Shown: positions 56,701-64,000 of the stretch, in pieces | Numbering within the stretch: position 1 is the first letter of the stretch | Layout: each line of letters starts with the position of its first letter | From: Paraspadella gotoi | Lineage: Eukaryota > Animalia > Chaetognatha | Reading direction: 5' to 3' | Length of the DNA: 64,000 bases | Assembly: GCA_051294375.1 (NCBI GenBank) | Contig: CM119264.1 | Location: 14,844,682-14,908,681, forward strand | The notes under the pieces: generated by a model | The model's input: only the letters and a program-made list of their open reading frames with translations | The model's database searches: none | Told to the model about the DNA's origin: nothing | Program-made: the position numbers and the translations under genes

Positions 56701-57178
56701 ACGATTTGGCTTTTCTCTCTGCGTTTTTATTAAAAAAAAAAATTGAATTAGGATTGAACTCGTAAAATTAGGCATCGCATTTCGTGCCTGTTATCATTTT
56801 GCTATCGCAAAATCGGGTTTTTTCTTCTCGTCACTCTTCATTTTTATTTTTCTTTCTTTCCTTTCTATTCTTTATTTATTCTTTTCCTTTCTGTTTATAA
56901 ATTAATTTTCTTTTCTCAAATTTGATTTTTTTTAGTATCAAAATTTGCAATTGCGACGATCCTTAATCCTTATGCTTTAAGATTTTTATATTCATTGTTC
57001 AATGATCTTCCAGGGTCTTGAAAGAGCTTTTGCGGGAAACGATCGAACACTATCTGAGCTCCAAGTAAAGATCGAGGACTTGAACAAACGCATGTCCGAA
57101 GCGCTTTACACGAAGCGAGAAGACTTTAAAGACGGCATACACCCACTCGCGAACCACCATCGCACATGCATTCCATAA
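44785..57178 (+). CDS. LAMB1: Laminin subunit beta (LAMB1/LanB1-like), 23 exons
   Basis: Exons 44785-45086, 46521-46619, 46714-46825, 47462-47615, 49134-49294, 49420-49568, 49638-49829, 49899-50019, 50098-50324, 50407-50694, 50766-51045, 51121-51362, 51867-52114, 52196-52398, 53244-54461, 54531-54716, 54817-55052, 55123-55423, 55485-55647, 55737-55825, 55889-56011, 56092-56334, 57014-57178. Signal peptide, LN domain ([13 protein letters not shown]; [29 protein letters not shown]), LE repeats, LF/IV-B domain (TWTGEGF), coiled coil with Cys/Gly beta-knob, terminal Cys. Confidence 0.95.
45325..45515. mobile_element. CCCTAA/TTAGGG-containing MITE, reverse orientation, laminin intron 1
   Basis: actttcggagactggggttaggg...ccagtcggcgaaagtaaaa; homologous to 34850-35015. 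Confidence 0.65.
48325..48775. repeat. Degenerate AT-rich inverted repeat (old MITE?) in laminin intron 4
   Basis: aaatttaacctgcctagctt pairs imperfectly with aggctgggcagcttaaattt; flanking tattactatcttctgaaagc pairs imperfectly with gcttttcaaaagataataata. Confidence 0.45.
52427..53198 (+). mobile_element. Helentron/HINE-like element in laminin intron 14 with internal tandem duplication
   Basis: tttttag..cccgactctataattcactttgtcggtccgtcggtccg ... tgggcagatccgacattgtttgctcaaac; the segment ~52590-52715 is repeated at ~52750-52860. Confidence 0.7.
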
Positions 57179-57992
57179 ACGTTATTTTCGCACGGCACAT
57201 TTCGTTAAACCAAAATCGCAAGTCTTTTCTGCTGAATCATCATTCCACTTATCGCGAATTTCCCCTCTTCACGTTGTTTAAAAAAAAAAACAAAAAAAAA
57301 CAAATCCTCTCCCTACATGTTCCATTGTAAATAGAACTTTTAAACGATGTTATTGATTTGAATTTTTTTATTCTAGAGCGCTATGCTTCATCACGAAGAC
57401 TTACTATTTTCAGAAACGTGTTTTATTTTGAGGCTTCAATGGGTCTTCCATATAAAATGAACTGACAAATTTTTAAATCGGATTTAGATTGAAGCTTATT
57501 GAACTAACGACTTGATTTGAATTTTGTAGATGATTAGATATTCACCAGATATTTTTCATTTGTTTTTCATTTTTAGCAGTGAACTATTCAATTTTTTCGT
57601 CAGAAGTTGAATTCATTAGAAAAAATAAATCTTTTCTTTTCTTAGATTATTGAATGATTTATTCTGTTAGCAGTTTTGACAGTTTCTTCCCCCCAAAAAA
57701 TAGTATTTAACATTAGACTGATGTTCTAAATTAAAAAGAAAAATTTTACTTTCGCCGAATTTTATAACTGCTCGTATAACCTTAACTATATAAATCATTT
57801 TTAAATCATTTACCCCAAACCCCAGTCGGCGATTTTGCTATTTTGCTAGCAATTTTTTGGTCCTTTGATCGTGAAAATGTATAATAATACAGTTTTTTGC
57901 CCAGCTCCCATAGTTTGGGCGTTTGTTCGAGTATTGTTCTAAAATTATATTTGTTTCCATTAAGGTGGACTAAAATCCATCCAGCTTTCATC

Positions 57993-58160
57993 AACCGTTC
58001 ATTAGTTCCGGAGGCAAGTCATTCGCCTCCCAACCCAAAGGTCCGGGGTTCTAGCCCAGTGGTCGCCTAGCAGTTAAGAGGGACGGGGCGCTTAACCCGC
58101 CTGTAACACGGTGTTACAGCTTGATCCGAAGCTCAGGGACTGTTTATATTGAACGGTTTT
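57993..58160 (+). ncRNA. tRNA-derived Pol III-like element (SINE or small structured RNA)
   Basis: A-box-like TAGTTCCGGAGG (58003-58014), B-box-like GGTTCTAGCCC (58047-58057), downstream hairpins, ends complementary (aaccgttca / tgaacggtt) and running into TTTT. Confidence 0.45.
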
Positions 58161-58283
58161 GTCATTAACAACAATTATTACTGTCTCTTCACCATCATGA
58201 AACCTTGTTTGGACTTCGAGGCCACAAGTATCGCAATTAGCAGAAGTGTAATTCAAAAAGAAAAGAACAAATGCAAATTCAAG

Positions 58284-60802
58284 TCACTTAAATCGACTTC
58301 CAATCAATTTAGGCTTCGGTATGGTTAAGTCTTCTTCGTCGTCTTCATCAGAAAAAGCGATTCTAGTTCTCGGTTTCGCGACTAGTTTTTCATCGCCGAG
58401 TTCCCTTAAAATTCCGCGGGGAAGGAATCCCAACAGACGTTCCGCATGTCTTTGAAGGATACGACGGCGCTCTTCTTCGACTATGCGGCGTCGCTCTCGT
58501 TCCATCTCCATTTCTTCTTCAAAGGCAAGGCGCTCCTCATCACGACTCTTTACTGCTGAGACTCGTCGCTCCTCGATTAATTGTTCCACAGCACGACGAT
58601 GCTCCTATTCATATATAAAATGATTTTGATAAATAGTAGTACAAATAACCTCCCCCATCCCCAATCAATTTCTTAAACTCACCAGTTGCTTCATCCTCCT
58701 CCTTTGATCATTCATCTGATCGATCCTTTCATCCTCGGCCATCTTTTTCGTCATCGCCCTCCTGAATTCTTCCTCTCTTTCCTCCTCTTGACGCCTCCTT
58801 TTCTCCTTTCTTATCGCCTCTTCTCTTCTATCCTCCTTCATTCGTAGTCTGCGCCTAAGCCTGGACTCGAACTCGAGGTTGTCCCTCTTCTTTTCCTCCG
58901 CCTCCCTCCTCGCCTCATCCAACTCCGACAACATTTCGCTTCTCTCTCGTCGCTCCTCCTCCTCGGCTCTAAGACGCATGGCCAAGCGCTCCACAACCTG
59001 CTCCTCCGCTCGTCGGGCCGTCCTCTTTTTCTCCAATCGTTTTTGCGCTTCGATTTCGTGCTCACTTAAGAAAATTTTTTAATTTGTTTCATATTTTAAT
59101 AACTTCTAACAAAAAATTGTTTTCCAATCACAAATTACTAAATTTAATATTTTATCTTAATCTCTAAATTATACATCCATTTTTTCTCACCGGGCGTAAG
59201 CTTCTATCCGCTCGTCTTCTCGCCGTGCTCTTTCTGCCTCTTCCAGGCGACGCGCCTCCCGCTCAACGAGGAACTCCTCGATGAACCGACGCGTCTCTCT
59301 TCTTCGCTCCAATCTCCTCACCGCCTCTCGCTCCTCTTCGGCTCGGAGTCGCTCCAACGCCTCGTCAACCAGCTTCTTCTCGCGGAGAAACTCCTCGTAA
59401 GCGTTTTGGCGCATCTCCTCGGCGGCTTCTTCCATTTGCCGCTCAAGGTCGCGACGATGATTAAGTTGGCGTATCTACAACAACGATAATACAGATTACG
59501 CAAAATAGAGACCCAAGGAATTTAAATCGAAAAATAAAACGCAAAAACTGGAAATAAAAATCTTAAAAAGATAGTGATCTCGCTAGACGTTAGTTACTAT
59601 CAAAAAAAATTAATAAAAAAATACGGAAAAAACGAATTATTAATGTAATAGGTTACGCTTTCAAACATTGAATTTAGCACACAAAAAACAATTTTTTAAT
59701 ATTGTTCAATTATTACTTACCATATTATAATATTAATTTAATTTGTACTAAAATACAAATTGAGCCAAATTAAAGATTGGTTAAAATCATTTCTATATAT
59801 TTTTAATAAAAAGGTACAATTTTTATAACATTAAAGAAAAAAAATCATATTTTTATCCATTTTTACTTTCATCTTCTGATTTGAATGCCAAAAAAATAAG
59901 GGTATGAAAAAAAGATAACAGATTGTAACGTCTTGCCTGAAAAGTTTTGTATCAGTAAATGATATAAAAATTAAGTTTTTTTATTATGTATATACTCTCT
60001 TTTCGTTGTTTTTGAAGTATTAGGAGAACAGTTTTGGTTTGACATGTCTGGCTAATTATGTCAAAAAAATCGTTGTCAAACCAAAACTGTTTTTTTTTTA
60101 ATTTTTTTATTATAAAAATTTATACATACTTTTGTTTTGTAAATAAAATAAACAAATGCGTGTAGAAATATGAAATATAGTTTTTAATCAACAAAATCTT
60201 TTTAGCTTCTTATGGTTATACACTTTTACAATTTCAAATTGTAAAAAAGCGTGATGATGATAATAATAACGACAACGGTCACAAAGAAGCAGAAACGAAC
60301 GAACATCTCGCCCAAGACGGGCCTTCGCCCGTCTGGCGTGATAAAAAAAAGAAACAAACCTTGACTTCTTCTTGTCTCTGACGATTTTCCTCAAAGATTT
60401 CGGCGTCATAACGAGCTGCTTCCGCGGCGGCCTCGACACATCGTCTCTTCTCCTCCGCCTCCTGAGCTAAACGCTCTGCCATTTGGGCCTTTTGTTCCTT
60501 TCTGAAATAAGCATCGCGCAGCGTCGTCTCCAGTTGGCGCAATTCAGGACTGGAAAGAAAAGAGTATAGTAAAACCTAATTAAGTCGATTTTTATAATTC
60601 AGAATAAATCCAGCATGAAAGCACTTAATTTTATTAGTTAGGTCCCTCACAACAACTATGCGATGAAACCATTTTAAAACCTGTTGGCTAAAATCTTTTG
60701 CTTGATTCTCGTTTCTTTCTCCATTTCGTATTGAATTCTTTTCATTTCTTGATCGATTCTTTTTTCTTCCATCTTCAGGTTGTCCGTTTCGCGCCAATTC
60801 AT
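58284..60802 (-). CDS. MNS1: Meiosis-specific nuclear structural protein 1 (trichohyalin-plectin homology, ciliary microtubule inner protein)
   Basis: Exons 60802-60681, 60549-60360, 59474-59191, 59064-58683, 58604-58284 splice in frame. Motifs ANSPELRQLETTLRDAY, MAEDERIDQMNDQRRRMKQLEHRRAVEQLIEERR, HAERLLGFLPRGI. The start is uncertain. Confidence 0.88.
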
Positions 60803-61866
60803 AAAATAAAATATGTTTTAATAACGATTTACTTGAATTTCAATATAATAAGCCTTATTATAAGGATAATCTCGAATCACATCGCGACGATTCGTTGGTA
60901 ATTGTTTGCGTCCAGTTATGTACTAGTACCTAGCATTGTTGTTTTGAGTTTCCAATGGTTTCAGAGCCTCACTAAGCGGAACCGGTTTCTTTTTTGAATT
61001 TCAAAATCGCGATATACGGTAAACAAAAGGGCAAACAGTGGATTTTCCTAACAAGAGCACACTTGATAGAGAAAAAACCTTTAAATTTATCGCTAAAATC
61101 AGCTTTACGGATAAACTTATAAAATTAAAATGGCTTATTCACTATTCAGTAAACTAACATATATTATTTATTAAATAAATGGATAATTTTTATATTGTTG
61201 TACCAATTTCATACTATCTTGGAGAGTGAAGTCGCTAAAACTTTCATAACTTTGTTAGTTTTTATTCAAAGATAGAAAAAAAGAATGCCCAATATTATAC
61301 CCATATTATATTGTATTTATGAAATTGGTACAACCAATATAAAAATTATCCATTCATTTAATAAATAAGCTATCTTGCCGCTGACTTTGGATTATTAAAT
61401 TAATATTAAACTTTGGATTAAACTTTGGATTATTAAATTAATATTTTAGAATAAGTCTCAATGCAACTGCTCTACGTAGTTCAAATGATCTTTATGATAG
61501 CAGTTCTAAGTATAACTATTTGTTGAAATATAGGGTAAAGCACTTAAACCTGCTATATTTTATATTTAATAAAAATTCTTTAATAAAAATTGTAAAATCT
61601 ATAGTTGTTTTCTGCAAACGAATATTTAAATTTAAAAAAAAAATATTAATGACCGAAACCATATCTTTCAAGAAGAAACAAGTTAACTGGATTGTTTTTA
61701 AATATACCTCAGAAACTCTATTTTGTCATCAATTATGCGAACGTAAAATATATATATATATTAGACGGGTTGCAATATTCACATTAAACATTTGAAAGCA
61801 TTACATAGAATGAAGTGCATTATTAATGTTGACTTAAAAGAGGCGAGGATTGAACATTTGTTGACG

Positions 61867-63313
61867 TCATAATCCAATGTTGTAAGCTCCCACTCCGAAG
61901 GCGGCTTTGATGGCCTGGAACGTCTTTAGTTTCCATCCTTCCGAAGTTGCCTCGGTCAATGTATCTGGGACGCCATTCTGCTCCAAGATCAACTCCGTGG
62001 AATCTTCGCGCTGCTCCAAGTTTATCTTTACGTTAGAAAAATGCTCCTCTGGCCAAGAAGATATCCTCCATCGAAGTTTAAGTGAAGAAGCCGGAATAAA
62101 GTCCACCACGACGCCGGTGACATTGCCGTCGAAAAGACAAAATCGACTCTCACGGGAGAGTTCCCACTCTACGGGTGCCTTTGTCCAAGCCTCGATCAGT
62201 TGTCGCTGAGTTAGAAAATCGAAGAGCTGTATGGCGTCGCACTTGAAGGTATCGCGAAGGTTCACACTACGAGTTTTTAAACCGACGTTCGAAGTAGAGG
62301 CCACAGGGGTCGAAGCTTTTGAGCACGGCGATGGAGCCCTGACGCCGTCGAACCGCGCTACTTCCGTGTTGTTCAAGTGGCTGAAAACGACGTTTTTATC
62401 TGCGGTCGATACGGGCTTGATCAGACCTTTCGGAAATTCCGTCTTTAATTCCGCGAGATAACACTCAAGTTGCCGTTTAATGAGCGGAATGCCGGTGAGA
62501 CGAAGAGCATTTTTGAAGGCATAGTCAATGTCGCCGCAGTTGGTGGTGGTGATAACGACGTCGATCTCGTCCACGTCGTTCTCGTCGCTCAAACCGTTTA
62601 TTTCCAATTCACCGGAGACGAGAGAGCTTTCGACATCGTCGACATAAACACCGTCCCATTTGCCAGAGATCTTCCAATCGTATAGGAAGATCAATTTTGC
62701 TTTCCTTAAAAGTTAAACGAAGAGAACAATAACCGGCTGCGCAAGTGATTTTCTTATATAAATACAATGTATAGTACATATATATATATTTATATATAAA
62801 ATAAATATATTTAAAATGAGCATAAAAGATGCGCCCAAAAACTTTTACTGATTCCTCACCCATCTGCCAAATATTAATAAAAATAATTTAATATTTTATA
62901 AATCGTACTGCGTTAATTTTGTAGTCATTTGATCATGTGTCTACACAAATATGAAAATCTCAAGCCTTAAGGCATTTTATTTTATATACTAGTGAAAAGC
63001 AAAAGTTTAAAACGTACGTAGGGCAGATCGGCAGAAGAATCGACTAATTATTGTTCGATTAAGTAATATAACTCCCTATAACATGGTACTTCTTTTACCG
63101 ATTATTAACGAAGGCTTCGCCAGTTATATCCACCTCGTTGACTCTGATTCTCTTTCCATCTGTTTCGATAGCCAAGTCTTTTAACAATTCTGTGAGGCGG
63201 GTCCGCGACCATTTCGACGCGTCCTTCTCGCTCCAGTGCCAGTTGTTTACGTTGGTGGCATCGGGCCTGGCCTCCACGATCCACCGCGGGTCACCCTCGC
63301 CCCACTTTGCCAT
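61867..63313 (-). CDS. AHSA1: Activator of Hsp90 ATPase 1 (Aha1), 350 aa
   Basis: Exons 63313-63099 and 62704-61867. MAKWGEGDPRWIV, NVNNWHW (NxNNWHW motif), NNR|KAKLIFLYDW, C-terminal START-like domain (LFDGNVTG, WRISSWPEEH). Confidence 0.96.
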
Positions 63314-63611
63314 ATCGCTCGATTACTCGAGAAATAAATTTAGATCGGCAACAATTTACATTGAAATTTTCATCTGCCAAATAAAAAACCATAAAAAACA
63401 CAACAGTGAAAATGATAGCAGAAAAGGCCTAACTATATTCACTTCAGACGCAGGAAAGTTGATGTAAAGGTGATGTAAAAATTAAACTCAAAACCACTAC
63501 AAAACATCAAAAAACTGTTACAATAAAATGTAACTTTAATAGAAATATAAATCTTTCGCGGTAATTAGCAATTGTTGGTGATTGCAACCAAATTCTCGGA
63601 ATTGCTCAAAG

Positions 63612-64000
63612 TCATCTCATAGTGACGAGCCCAACCTCCATGAGCTTTTTCAACTTGGATGCCACGTTGGGATCGCGAAGGTGATCCCTAGCGCTCTCGG
63701 GCTCTTGCTGCATTTGCTCTAAAATGAGCTGCATGGCAGGATCACTCAGAATGCTTTGAACATCAGGGTCCTGTATGGCACGCTCTCTAACGGCCTCTGG
63801 GTCCGAGTCTACGGCTCGCGTCGCGTTTCTGTATCCCTCCATCGCTTCAACGTTAGTGGAGTCTATGTTGACAGCTTTTTTAAAGGCTTCGGCGGCCTTT
63901 GTAGGGTTCTTCAGGGCTAAACACACGTGACCTTTGCGAATATAACCCTTGATAAAATCTGGGTCGATTTCGATACACCTGTCGCAGTCCTTAAGAGCAA
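63612..64000 (-). CDS. STIP1: Stress-induced phosphoprotein 1 (Hop/Sti1), C-terminal TPR2B and DP2, partial
   Basis: DCDRCIEIDPDFIKGYIRKG ... AIQDPDVQSILSDPAMQLILEQMQQEP...HLRDPNVASKLKKLMEVGLV is the typical Hop C-terminus. Confidence 0.93.
   Translation of the reverse strand, partial: ALKDCDRCIEIDPDFIKGYIRKGHVCLALKNPTKAAEAFKKAVNIDSTNVEAMEGYRNATRAVDSDPEAVRERAIQDPDVQSILSDPAMQLILEQMQQEPESARDHLRDPNVASKLKKLMEVGLVTMR

Noticed and set aside
60027-60092. Hairpin aacagttttggtttgaca...tgtcaaaccaaaactgtt as a pre-miRNA
   Set aside because: Short stem beside a repeat fragment; more likely a tiny MITE remnant, with no evidence of expression.
60855-60875. Possible U12-type donor (TTATCCTT on the minus strand) upstream of MNS1
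   Set aside because: Lacks the RTATCCTT start and no matching branch site or in-phase acceptor was found.

Overview
Eukaryotic DNA from a compact, AT-rich invertebrate animal genome with short GT-AG introns and many (GA)n/(GAAA)n microsatellites; the species cannot be identified from sequence alone. Hand-splicing supports ten genes: SAXO/FAM154-like (-, runs off the left edge), a GoLoco-containing Rap1GAP (+), intronless DNAJC16 (-), a C2H2 x3 / AT-hook x2 / C2H2 x3 transcription factor (-), PSMC5/Rpt6 (-, no coding introns), TMEM86/YhhN lysoplasmalogenase (+), a 23-exon laminin beta chain (+), MNS1 (-), AHSA1 (-) and the 3' end of STIP1/Hop (-). A ~9.4 kb tandem duplication around a 25-N gap (7239-16657 vs 16683-26055) is most likely an assembly artefact. 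Introns and intergenic DNA carry non-autonomous DNA elements (Helentron/HINE-like, MITEs, a foldback). The most notable observations are the tight co-directional STIP1-AHSA1 and PSMC5-zinc-finger pairs (operon/trans-splicing candidates), a Pol III-like structured RNA candidate at ~58.0 kb, the internally duplicated zinc-finger/AT-hook protein, an RFX X-box upstream of the ciliary SAXO gene, and two micro-duplications that copy splice sites. All exon coordinates were read by eye and no database searches were run.
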